From Planctopirus limnophila DSM 3776 (GTDB taxonomy: Bacteria > Planctomycetota > Planctomycetia > Planctomycetales > Planctomycetaceae), in NCBI RefSeq assembly GCF_000092105.1, contig NC_014148.1, positions 3,960,001 through 3,992,000 on the forward strand: a DNA stretch of 32,000 nt, written 5' to 3'. A model generated the notes under the pieces. The model was not told the origin of the DNA. It was given only the letters and a program-made list of their open reading frames with translations, and did not search any database. Shown here one piece after another: positions 16,220 to 29,937 of this stretch (position 1 is the first letter of the stretch; every line of letters begins with the position of its first letter). The position numbers and the translations under genes were made by a program.

Positions 16220-16258
16220 GTTTTCAACTCTATCGATATAGGAAAGATGTATGACTCA

Positions 16259-16999
16259 TCATCTGGATTGATTGGCAACTGCTCTCCAGGGAATTTCCTG
16301 TCTTTTGGAGACCAACAGAACAGTCATCAAAGTCAGGAAGACCAGTTCAATAGATCCAATCAGTAGTGTTGACATGTCAATAAGAACTTCATAAGTCGGG
16401 GTTGGCTTAACTTCCACAACTTCCAGGTTTTGATATATCACGATTACAAGAATTATGAAAAACATGTAGAGGCTCCAGGAGCCGACATATGTAGCCAAGG
16501 CCATCCATACGGAGCGACGATCATAAGAATTTAGAAGGTAGCCCGTGATCAGCCAGCCCGCTGCAATGATCGAATTGAAGAATATCCCTACAAATGCCAT
16601 CAAATTATCCCATTGGTAAACGACTGAATCCGGAGGTGATTTGGGATCGACCATGATTGTTATCACAACATTCACAAGCCAAAGAACAGGGTTTATTACC
16701 AAAGCATAAAATGCCAGAATGCGAACGATCTGTATGGGTGGCAACAGATGCCCAAGAGCGCTCTGATTCTCAGGTGGCACGTTGAATGAACGAGGTGTTT
16801 CGATGCAATGTGGGGCCAGCTGTGGCCATTGACCTGCAAGCCTCCATTCTTTGCCTCCCACCGGGCAGAAATGCTGGCAGGCCTGCAGCATTCCCGACCG
16901 TAAAGCGGCGGCAACATATCCAGTGCTATATGGACCAGTCACAGTCTGATCGACAGCAACCCACCATCGATCAGTCTCTTCAGGAGTACTCTGTGGCAT
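16259..16999 (-). CDS. GYF_2 (DUF4339) domain + ~5-TM membrane protein
   Basis: The N-terminus reads 'RWWVAVDQTVTGPYSTGYVAAALRSGMLQACQHFCPVGGKEWRLAGQWPQL', followed by several hydrophobic spans. It starts 9 nt after the upstream gene's stop. Confidence 0.8.
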   Translation of the reverse strand: MPQSTPEETDRWWVAVDQTVTGPYSTGYVAAALRSGMLQACQHFCPVGGKEWRLAGQWPQLAPHCIETPRSFNVPPENQSALGHLLPPIQIVRILAFYALVINPVLWLVNVVITIMVDPKSPPDSVVYQWDNLMAFVGIFFNSIIAAGWLITGYLLNSYDRRSVWMALATYVGSWSLYMFFIILVIVIYQNLEVVEVKPTPTYEVLIDMSTLLIGSIELVFLTLMTVLLVSKRQEIPWRAVANQSR

Positions 17000-17008
17000 G
17001 ATGTCTCT

Positions 17009-17845
17009 TTATCGATTCCAGGGAGTGAATTCGACGCCGTAACGCTGAGAGAGTTCTGCTCGAACAAGAACTGAGCGATGGAGTGCATCACTCAGCTCCC
17101 GCTGAGCGTCCTTCGTTTTGGCGGCCATTTCCTGGGCTTTGCCAAAAGGATCTCCAGTAGCTCCTCGAATGAAAGCTTCCAGAACAATTGACGGATCGTT
17201 AGATTCCAGAAGGACAGCCAGGTACTTTCTAAGTGCTTGACTGAGGTTCAATGCACACTGAATTGCAGCAGGGTCGACATTGACCACCGCCTCCCTTTCA
17301 AGGACATCAATAAGCCCTCTCAGGTACTCCTCCTGATCACTCACATTCTTTGTCGGTGGAGCGTCATGAATCCAGCTGGCTAACTTTTCCCAGTAGTCAT
17401 AAGTCGCTTGAGGCACGGGATCGTTAACGGCTTGTTGCTGAGAAGCATCCGTGTAGAAGCCAGATGATGACGTCGTCTCACTAAGATTTGTGTTAGATCC
17501 TGATGTAACTCCTGACACTGGCATAATGAGAGCCAGAAGACCGCACATCCCAATTAACAGAAGCCCCAAGACTCCAATGGCCGCGCAGCCTCCAACAAGC
17601 ATTGAATTCCATTCAATGGTTTTTGGCGCGGATGAATGTAACTGTGGTAGGCGAGGAGGCTGGGGCGACGATGCTGACGCGGAAAATGAAAGTTCAGGCA
17701 GACTGCTGGCTGGTTGCCATTTCTGACCGTCCGCCGAAATACGGGTTTCCGGCCTCAACGCACCTTGTTGAGACAGCTGTTTTAGCTCCTGAAGCGTCAT
17801 GGGCCCCAGAACGGCATTGTCCAGATGGACGAGCCATGTTTGCAT
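17009..17845 (-). CDS. GYF_2 (DUF4339) domain + single TM + ~150-aa helical C-terminal domain
   Basis: The preferred start is the ATG at 17845 (MQTWLVHLDNAVLGPMTLQELKQLSQQGALRPETRISADGQKWQPASSLPEL), which has AGGGG 8-9 nt upstream. The TM span is 'MLVGGCAAIGVLGLLLIGMCGLLALIM'. The track start at 17962 would read through a terminator hairpin. Confidence 0.8.
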   Translation of the reverse strand: MQTWLVHLDNAVLGPMTLQELKQLSQQGALRPETRISADGQKWQPASSLPELSFSASASSPQPPRLPQLHSSAPKTIEWNSMLVGGCAAIGVLGLLLIGMCGLLALIMPVSGVTSGSNTNLSETTSSSGFYTDASQQQAVNDPVPQATYDYWEKLASWIHDAPPTKNVSDQEEYLRGLIDVLEREAVVNVDPAAIQCALNLSQALRKYLAVLLESNDPSIVLEAFIRGATGDPFGKAQEMAAKTKDAQRELSDALHRSVLVRAELSQRYGVEFTPWNR

Positions 17846-17861
17846 CGTAAATACCCCTGGC

Positions 17862-17896
17862 AGAAAAAAGAGAGCGCCGAACCACGACCGCTCTCT
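17862..17896 (-). terminator. Canonical intrinsic terminator or attenuator immediately upstream of the first GYF_2 gene
   Basis: The minus strand reads AGAGAGCG-gtcgtggttcgg-CGCTCTCT-TTTTTCT, an 8-bp perfect stem (17869-17896) with a T-tract ending at ~17862. This is 16 nt before the ATG at 17845. Confidence 0.55.
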
Positions 17897-18368
17897 CAAC
17901 CCCCGCCAAGGGGCGTACAAAACAGTACATGGCCGACGCCCCCGTGCGGGGGCGCGGTCCAAGCACTGCTCTTGTACTCAAGGGCTTTACAGCCCAGGTT
18001 GGCGGTTTTGAGAGAAGCAGTTCTTGACGCTCGCGCGTCTTCACGATGTAACGAGGCCGCATTCACGCAACCTCGGGAACAGACAATTCACTCCGTAGAA
18101 ACAGACTCGCACCGCCACACATGGCAGTTCTTCAAAGAAAATCTATCCAACTGTCAATCATCCTGCCAACGAAAATCTGTTCAGAATTTCAGAGAAACAA
18201 CGTTGGGAAATAATAATCAGAGCAGCAACATTGAAGACGGTCAGTATCCCCGTGTCGTACCTTGACTCTTCATTTCGTTGTCAAAACAGAAGTAACACAG
18301 CAGATTTTAAGTGTTTACTGAGTAAGCAATTGTGGATGTGCTCATTATGGTAAGACATCACAACGAAG

Positions 18369-19085
18369 CCGTATGGACACTCAGAATGGATCAGTTAAGA
18401 GGGAAACGAGCCAGGGGAAGCCCGCGAAGTTCTCGGCTTTCTTATCTTAACGGGTGGCGATGCGGCGGAGGCGTTTCAGGGCCCCGAAGAACCTCTCGAT
18501 CACGTTTCGATGCCGGTAGCGCTCCTCGACACAACGTTTCTTCACCTTCCGGTTCCCCTTCGGTTTGATACACGCCTGCGCCCACATCCGCTTTACACGC
18601 AGCCGGATCGCGTCGCTGTCGTAGGCCGCGTCTGCCAAGACATGATGCGCACAAAGACCTTCCAGCTGTTTCTCTCCCCCAAAGAATAGGGCAGATGGGC
18701 GTCACCCACCTGTTCCGGATTTTCCCCGGCCTGACGGCGCCCTGTCGTAGCGATGGGACGAGCTTTGACCGTCGTCGAATCGATCTGAACATCTTCCAGT
18801 TCTGGATCTTGCAGAGCCTCGGCAATTTTCTGCCATGTTCCTGTCAGGCACCAGCGGTTGTACCGCCTCCAAACCGAGTGATTTCAACCAAATCATTCGG
18901 GGAGATCTGTCCACGAAATCCCGGTTTTGAGTACAAAAATCACACCTTCGACAAAGAGTCGATTGTCGGCTGCAGTACGACCGGGATCACCGGCTTTGCC
19001 GGAACAGAGCGGTTCGAAGCGTTTCCAAAGCTCATCCGAAAGTGCATGTCGCTTGAGCATAATCCCTCTTCCTTGAGTGAACGGC
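18369..19085 (-). mobile_element. Degraded IS5-family (IS427-like group) insertion sequence; transposase is a pseudogene
   Basis: The minus strand from the ATG at 19060 reads 'MLKRHALSDELWKRFEPLCSGKAGDPGRTAADNRLFVEGVIFVLKTGISWTDLPE*FG*NHSVWRRYNRWCLTGTWQKIAEALQDPELEDVQIDSTTVKA...', with two in-frame TGA stops. A frameshift and a short gap follow. It then reads 'VLADAAYDSDAIRLRVKRMWAQACIKPKGNRKVKKRCVEERYRHRNVIERFFGALKRLRRIATR*DKKAENFAGF', with TAA where relatives have the Tyr of ATRYDK. Imperfect terminal inverted repeats are GCCGT..CACTCA..AAGAGGGA at 18369-18405 and its complement at 19063-19085. The boundaries are approximate. Confidence 0.65.
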
Positions 19086-19303
19086 CACTCTATAAAGCGG
19101 CACAATCCGCGCAAGACCGAAGTACATATGGTCTGAAAATCTATTTCAATGTGAATTGGCTGTGTGGGATAATTTTCGATCAAATACGCATAGCAAACGT
19201 GAATATAGTACACAGTGAGTATTTGCAGTTGGTGGGCGATGCGTTTCAATCCGAACAAGTCAATTACCGGGATCACGGAACTCAGTTGAGTCAAAAATTG
19301 CGG

Positions 19304-21424
19304 TCATAAAATCCTCCTGACCCAATCAGCCGTTTGATGTCGATCCAACAAATAATCGAACAGAACCTCTTGCTCGATACACGCCGGCATTAACGGTTGG
19401 AACTTGCTGAGGCGATAACCCGGCAGTGCAGCCCGGACTTCTTGCCAGACAGAATCATCGTTCCAGAAGTCGGTGGATGCCAGTTCTCGGATCACTGATT
19501 TGAAGGCTGTTTCAGTTATATCCGAGTCTCTAAATCTCACGGAGAAGTTGTCAGGTGTGATGGTCCATGTCGGCTGAAGCGCACCAATCGCATACCGAAT
19601 CGTCGAATTGACCCTGCCTCCGGCAAATGTGTGCCAAATGACCTCATTCCCATCCTTATTGAAGTTGATTCCACCAACAATCGGCTCAACCAGGCACTCC
19701 ATTCGGTTTCGTTCTTGAGTAACCAGATCAGCGGCTGGTGGCATAAGATATTGGTATTCGTCGTCGGCGGTGACTATCTCCAGGATCTTCTGACAAAGGT
19801 GGAACCCCAGAAATTGGGGTAGGTACCCACCCCATGTCGGCTGTCGTCCTCGCGGGGCTGGCTCGACAACGACCAGTCGATCTTTATGGACAACCTGAAA
19901 TACCGCCCACGCACGCCCGCCCAGAAGGAAACAACTCACGCCATCAACCAGCCCATCAACGAAATCCTGAGTCAAGGTTCCGATGACCTGCCGGTTGACC
20001 GTTTCTACGTTGTACGATTGGGGACTCGAAAAGACTGCGTATAGCTCCATGAAGTTGCGGCGGCCAAATCGTCGCTCCGCCTGGGGTCCCAGGATCAGTC
20101 GGCCACTCATCAGAAGCAATGAGCCATCCTGTATCATCCACTCAATCAGCCGATCGAACTCCTTTCGGCTGATCCGCTGAAAGTCAGGCACGCCACAAAG
20201 GTGTTTCCAAGCCACGTCGGTAGGAATACCGTTTTCAGCCAGCGACATCGCCAGCAACTGATGAATGAGGACCGGCCAGCAACGCTGGTTCACCGGAACA
20301 TCTTCAACCCAACCAGCCTTCGCCAGTTCGATCAGGGCGATGGCCTGCAATATTGAGTCCGTGCTCTCGCAAAAGAAGGTGGTGTTGGCCGCCTGTCCCT
20401 CCCTACGGCCAGTTCTCCCCATTCGTTGAAGGAACGACCCGACGGTCTCAGGTGCGTTGGCCTGCAAGACCTTATCGAGGTCACCAACGTCAATGCCGAG
20501 TTCCAGCGTTGACGTGCAGACAATGCATGCACCGGATCCGTGATGAAACTCCTGTTCTGCCAGGAGCCGTTCCTCTTTGGAGACAGCGCTGTGATGGACG
20601 AAGACGGTCGTTCCGGATCGTCGCATCGTTTCCGCCACAGCCTCGGTCGTGGCCCGGGACTGGCAGAAGAACAGGCTCTTGCAACCTCGGGCAACCTGCG
20701 CCGCCGCAACAGCAATCTGCGTCTGGTCGGCCTCATGGACGATCAGCAGCTGCCTTCGAGAGGGCCTCTTGGGCGGATCAACGACGACTCCCTCACGTTC
20801 CGATGTTCCCTTGAGCCATTCAAGAATCGCTGCTGGGTTGCCAACCGTCGCACTGAGTCCGGCTCTCTGAATGTCGTGGCGGGAAACTCGCCGAATGCGT
20901 TCAATCACGCTCATTAGGTGCGCGCCACGGTCAGTGCCCGCGATCGCGTGCACTTCGTCGATCACGATCATCCGCAGGTCACCGAAGAGAGCCCGCTCAT
21001 CCACGCGCTGAGAAACCAGCATCACCTCCAATGATTCCGGAGTCGTCATCAGAAGTTCTGCCGGATCGTCCAGGAACTGTTTGCGGGCACTGGTCGTGGT
21101 ATCCCCATGCCACACAAAACGTCGAAGTCCGACCATCTCGGTATAAAGCCCGAGACGGTCTTCCTGGTTGTTCAGTAACGCTTTGATCGGAGCGACGTAG
21201 ATTGCTCCGACTCCGACCGGCTGTTGATCGACCAGATTCGACAGCGTCGGAAACATCGACGCCTCGGTCTTCCCCCCCGCAGTCGGGGCCAGAATCACTG
21301 CGTTTCTGCCGCTTAGTAGCGCTTCACCTGCCAGTTCCTGGACAGGCCGTAGGCTGGACCAGCCAAGTCGGGCAACGATGGCCTGCTGGAGTCGCGGAGC
21401 CAGTCTTGAAAAAACGCTTACCAT
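19304..21424 (-). CDS. brxHI: BREX Lhr-like DEAD/DEAH-box helicase BrxHI
   Basis: 706 aa. Motif I is 'AVILAPTAGGKTEA' and motif II is 'RMIVIDEVHAI'. 'FCQSRATTE' and 'RMGRTGRR' are helicase motifs, followed by a long Lhr-type C-terminal extension. Its start overlaps the brxD stop by 7 nt. Confidence 0.8.
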   Translation of the reverse strand: MVSVFSRLAPRLQQAIVARLGWSSLRPVQELAGEALLSGRNAVILAPTAGGKTEASMFPTLSNLVDQQPVGVGAIYVAPIKALLNNQEDRLGLYTEMVGLRRFVWHGDTTTSARKQFLDDPAELLMTTPESLEVMLVSQRVDERALFGDLRMIVIDEVHAIAGTDRGAHLMSVIERIRRVSRHDIQRAGLSATVGNPAAILEWLKGTSEREGVVVDPPKRPSRRQLLIVHEADQTQIAVAAAQVARGCKSLFFCQSRATTEAVAETMRRSGTTVFVHHSAVSKEERLLAEQEFHHGSGACIVCTSTLELGIDVGDLDKVLQANAPETVGSFLQRMGRTGRREGQAANTTFFCESTDSILQAIALIELAKAGWVEDVPVNQRCWPVLIHQLLAMSLAENGIPTDVAWKHLCGVPDFQRISRKEFDRLIEWMIQDGSLLLMSGRLILGPQAERRFGRRNFMELYAVFSSPQSYNVETVNRQVIGTLTQDFVDGLVDGVSCFLLGGRAWAVFQVVHKDRLVVVEPAPRGRQPTWGGYLPQFLGFHLCQKILEIVTADDEYQYLMPPAADLVTQERNRMECLVEPIVGGINFNKDGNEVIWHTFAGGRVNSTIRYAIGALQPTWTITPDNFSVRFRDSDITETAFKSVIRELASTDFWNDDSVWQEVRAALPGYRLSKFQPLMPACIEQEVLFDYLLDRHQTADWVRRIL

Positions 21425-22740
21425 GCGTCCTCCGTGGGTACCAGCTCATCGTCCTTAGACTCTCTATTGCCGTTGGTACCGGATAACACAGTCTGTTCCT
21501 CCGTACTCAATTCAGTTGGTTTGAAACCGTACTGTTCCGCTGGGCTGTAATCTTTGTTTTCTTCGACGAGATCCATCTGTGTGACGAACTCACGGAGAAA
21601 CTGTCGAGGGACGATTCCGACATCTCCCTTGAAACCGGCTGTCACATTTGCCACAAGACGCTCAATAAATTCTTGGCTGACCGCAGACTCGAGCCGCGAA
21701 CGATCCTGTCCCGGATAGATTTCTCGCAAGCGTAACGCGACCGCCTTCAGTCGCTCTGTATCGAACGGTTTTAATTCAAGTTGCGCCTGCCTGAGACTGG
21801 CGAATCCCCCACTGGAAATAAATCGAATTCGATCATGCAGAGGCGTCAGTCCTGCTACTCCATGCCGGGTGTCAAAGAACTCCGCAGTTCCAGTGAACAG
21901 CCACAGCAGTCCTGGATAAGAGCTTGCCGCATCGGCAATCTGCCGAATCCCATTCAATGACTTGTGACGTGAGTCCTTTCTCATGCGAAGAATCGTTTCC
22001 GCCTCGTCAATGACGATGACGAGCCCCTTGTAGCCGGCCGCTTTCACGATTTCCAGAACACCCCTTAGGTAGTGCAAGGCGTCGCGGCTACCGATATCAC
22101 CTTTGACTTGAGCTACCTTCTTCGCGGAGGCCGCTACGTTTCCACTGCCGCACAGCCATGAGATCAGTGCTCCAGCGTCAACGACGTTTCCGTCCTGTTT
22201 AAGATCGAAGATTGTCTGAATTACGCGAATGAAGTCTTCCGGGGCGTTCCCGCCCGTCAACGAAACCAAGTCTTCGTTTAGTCGCTTCCGGACACGCTCA
22301 TCGAAATCGTCAGCAGTGTCATCGACGCCGGCATTGACCAATGTTTCTTCGACCGCACCAATCCAGCGATCCAGAATGTCCCCCAATGCACCCCGCGGAC
22401 AGGACGCTGTGCCCAGCTCGGTCATTACTTTTCGATACACATCGTCAAATCGATGAAAGTGCAAATCGTTGTCGGAGACGACGACGAAACTGGTTGCGAA
22501 TCCACGTGCTTGAGCATCGAGCAATGCCAGGCGAGCCATGAAGGTCTTGCCGCAGCCATAGCCACCACGCAGGAACTTGATCGACCCTTCGTGGCTGCCA
22601 ACCAGTTCCAGTTGGCGATGCAGTTCGTTTCGCTGTTTCTCAATCCCGACGGCGAACGTATCGATTCCACGCTCGGGAACAAGCCCTTTGCGCAATGACT
22701 CAAAAATATGTTCAACGTCGCGGCCAGTGATGGATGTCAT
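21418..22740 (-). CDS. brxD: BREX ATP-binding protein BrxD (DUF2791-type P-loop ATPase)
   Basis: 440 aa. The N-terminus 'FESLRKGLVPERGIDTFAVGIE' is typical of the family. Walker A is 'RGGYGCGKTF' and Walker B is 'GLVIVIDEAE'. There is a 4-nt ATGA overlap with pglZ. Confidence 0.8.
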   Translation of the reverse strand: MTSITGRDVEHIFESLRKGLVPERGIDTFAVGIEKQRNELHRQLELVGSHEGSIKFLRGGYGCGKTFMARLALLDAQARGFATSFVVVSDNDLHFHRFDDVYRKVMTELGTASCPRGALGDILDRWIGAVEETLVNAGVDDTADDFDERVRKRLNEDLVSLTGGNAPEDFIRVIQTIFDLKQDGNVVDAGALISWLCGSGNVAASAKKVAQVKGDIGSRDALHYLRGVLEIVKAAGYKGLVIVIDEAETILRMRKDSRHKSLNGIRQIADAASSYPGLLWLFTGTAEFFDTRHGVAGLTPLHDRIRFISSGGFASLRQAQLELKPFDTERLKAVALRLREIYPGQDRSRLESAVSQEFIERLVANVTAGFKGDVGIVPRQFLREFVTQMDLVEENKDYSPAEQYGFKPTELSTEEQTVLSGTNGNRESKDDELVPTEDAW

Positions 22741-25648
22741 AAGGTCGCTCCTTCCCGGACATATCGTTTCACTCCTGAAACACTGTCAATCCGGATTGTG
22801 AATGGCGCTCTTGCCGCGTGTTGTTCAAACTGGCGGGAGAATTTTCGGAACTCCCGGGTGCTGCCGAGCATCTCGGCGACTTCGGTTTCCGTCACTGTGC
22901 CATGTTGGGCCAGGTGCCGGAAGACTCGTTGAATTTCTGCACCAGGCAAATCGGCGAGCCAGACCTCAGACTGTGAAGGTGTTTCATCGGTGCGAGTGGA
23001 CGTCGCGATGGCGATTCGTCTAACCACATCAAATCGCTCCTTCAGTGCGCAGGGTTCGACACTGGCTTCCCGGCTGGGGTGGTATAGTTCGACTGAGACG
23101 CGAGAATCCGTACCTCCCGCCAACCGGAAGAACAGTTCAAACTCTTCTCCCACGGTCGCGATGACGGTCCCGGAGGAAAGTCGGGCTCCTCCACGGATCT
23201 CACACAGTTCGACGCGTACATCAGGCGAATCAAGGACACGGAGTGCCAGGTCGAGTTCAAAGATGCTGGCAAAATCAAGACTACCTGAAGCGTGGGCCAC
23301 ACGGACGGCGAGGCAATGCATTCCGGCGACGGCTGGTTTGCGTGCTGCACTCAAATTGTACACAGTACTGTTACCACCCACTGCCACTCGGTGCGAGATC
23401 TTCAGCACTGGTATCACCCTTTCCTGAAAACTGTTTCCACCGTGGGCAAAACCCTTGCGCTGCTTACCAGTATCAAATACCGCCACGCTTTCAGGGAACA
23501 TCAGGTGTAGATCATCGCAGTCATAGCCGAGGTCGCGCAGGGCAACCCGCACTTCGCCAGAATGATTGGCAGCCCGGTCCGCAATCACGTACCGACGATG
23601 GGGGTCGATTTTACGACCATATGATTGCGCCGTGTGCGAGTTTTCGTCCACCAACAGGAAACCATGATCGGCAGTGAAGACAAAGTGCCGAACGCCGGCC
23701 TCGCGCAGCAGATGCCAGGCCGAGCGAAGATCCTTGAGCACCGTTTCAAACACCGATGGTCCGAAACCCGCCTCGCCCGAATTGTCGATCTCTCGGCTGT
23801 GAACCATGACCAACCTGGCGCCAGCAATTTTTCTCCGCAACGTGATAGCTTCCAGGCGAAGAACTTCCTCAAGTTCGATGCGCGGACACGTCCGTCCGCC
23901 AGCCCGGTCATGCACGGCTCTGCGCCGTGTGTCCGGATCATGGACACGGAACTCACCCGTCGAGAATCCAGCAATGCGGCCATTGGAGATCTCTGGTTGA
24001 AGTTTGCTTCCTTTGGCGACCGGGGCAAGGACATTCATGCCGACTTCCGTAACTGTCGGCAATTCTGCAAGCCGCCAGTCCAGCTTTACGTCCGTCTTGG
24101 CGGTGTCTCCGATCGACTCCAGCAACTCCTGACCCATTTCGTACCGCAAGGCATCGACGACAAAGTACGCGGTGATTCCATCGCCGGCTGTCAGCGGCTT
24201 CACGGTCTCGTCGAACAGAGTGCGTTGTTGCAGGGACGAGTCAGGCAGAAATCCATGCGTCTTGCAGACGGCATTGAACCCCTGGCCCCAGCTGTTGGCC
24301 CAGTCACGCCAGACGATCTGCATCTGGTCCAGCACGGAGCGGACCTGCTCGAATTCCGGCATTTGGGATCGCAGCAGTTTCTGACGATCCTGTTCCAGGT
24401 GACGCTGGGCCTGGTCGACTTTCGCTCCAAGCTGCACGTATTCCTGAGCGGCGTTCGCGACACTGTCGGTCGCCTTGAGCGCGGGACCAGCCGTCTGAAT
24501 GGCGACTCCCAGCCGTGCCGCACCCGCGACCAGTTGCCAGACGTTTCTCCGCAGCGCGTCGTCAACCAACCAGAATGAATTGGGATCACTGCGTCGGCTG
24601 GCCCAATCCTGGGCTGCGTCCCAGCGCCGGTCCTGCAGAGCCTGCAAGGACGCCTTAAGGATGGTCTCCTCTTCAAAATAGAATGTGTCGAATCGTCCCA
24701 GGTCGGTAGCTGCAATTTGACCCACGTCGTCGGTCAACCGGAGTTCTGTTTCCAGGGCCATCTGACGGTAGAACGATCGCTGGCGTTCGTTCCCGTTCTG
24801 CAGATGGACCACCAGTTCGTGGCAGGTGTCCCGCACGAGTTGCGGCAGACGGGGGACCGGTTCCAGCAGTGGGGAAAGAGGGGGCACCAGTAGGTCGTGA
24901 ACATAACTGACGCAGGCGGCCCAACTGCAGATGGCATACGCGACGGCTTCCACGGAGGTCGGTTCCGCGCCGCTGGAGAAAGAGTTTTGCAGGCTCACGT
25001 CGAACCACGACTCTGGCATCCCGGTCAGCGACACGATCCGGTCCCGGATCGCCCTTGGGTCCCCATCAGAGATTGTCCCGGCGCGAAGATCGATCGTCGC
25101 GATCCGCTGGGCTAGCGACCGGTTCAGAAGCAGGTCGTCGACCAGTTCGTTTAGCGAGACGTTGCGTAACTGGCTGGCCAGACCTTCCGCGCCTGTTGAC
25201 TGCAGATCGTGTAGCCACATGTCCGCCCCTGCCAGCGACAAATTGCCGCGCTGCAGGAACTCATCAATCTGATCGGGACGCACCTTGCCCGCGGCCGCAT
25301 CGCGGACCAGCGTCTCCAGGGCCTTGCGATACCGCGCACCCGCCTTGTACAGCTCCAGCAGCGGGGTCGCTTTGACCAGTTCTTCGTTGAAGCCCGGCAA
25401 ATGGATCACGGCCCGCGTCGCATCGACGCCCCCCATCACCTCTTCCAGCTCAAAGAGCATTTCAAGAAAGCTGCCGTTGAAGGTGTAGATATCGTACTTC
25501 AATTCTCCCTGTTTCCGCAGCGCGCGGAGCTGGTTCACGAGATCGACGTAGTGGCTGCCCGTGTCCAGCCAGAAGACGAGGTTGTGTTTCGTCACCCAGT
25601 CACGGACTTCGGCTTCCAGCAAACGAGAAACTGGCCCAAAGAGATCGC

Positions 25649-25652
<4 letters not shown>
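22737..25652 (-). CDS. pglZ: BREX alkaline-phosphatase-superfamily protein PglZ
   Basis: 971 aa. The N-terminus reads 'LVFWLDTGSHYVDLV...TFNGSFLEMLFELE...VIHLPGFNEE...PLLELYKAG'. The PglZ domain shows 'TAYFVVDALRYEMGQEL' and 'HFVFTADHGFLL'. There is a 4-nt overlap with the pglX stop. Confidence 0.88.
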
Positions 25653-29926
<4,274 letters not shown>

Positions 29927-29937
29927 GGCCCGTGCTC

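Noticed and set aside
17846-17962. The upstream ATG at 17962 as the start of the first GYF_2 protein (317-aa version).
   Set aside because: The extension (MDRAPARGRRPCTVLYAPWRGLRERSWFGALFFLPGVFT) would be translated across the terminator hairpin and T-tract. The GYF_2 module begins right at Met 17845, which has an SD-like AGGGG.
14651-19085. A composite transposon carrying the GYF_2 genes.
   Set aside because: The two flanking IS remnants have different transposase sequences, one is only a 5' fragment, and neither could supply transposase. No matching terminal repeats or target duplications were identifiable by eye.
18695-19309. The 204-aa plus-strand ORF, and the N-terminal 78 aa of the minus ORF 18893..19294.
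   Set aside because: The plus ORF is antisense to the IS transposase remnant. The recognisable transposase sequence of the minus ORF starts only at Met 19060, and the upstream part is AT-rich spacer read in frame.
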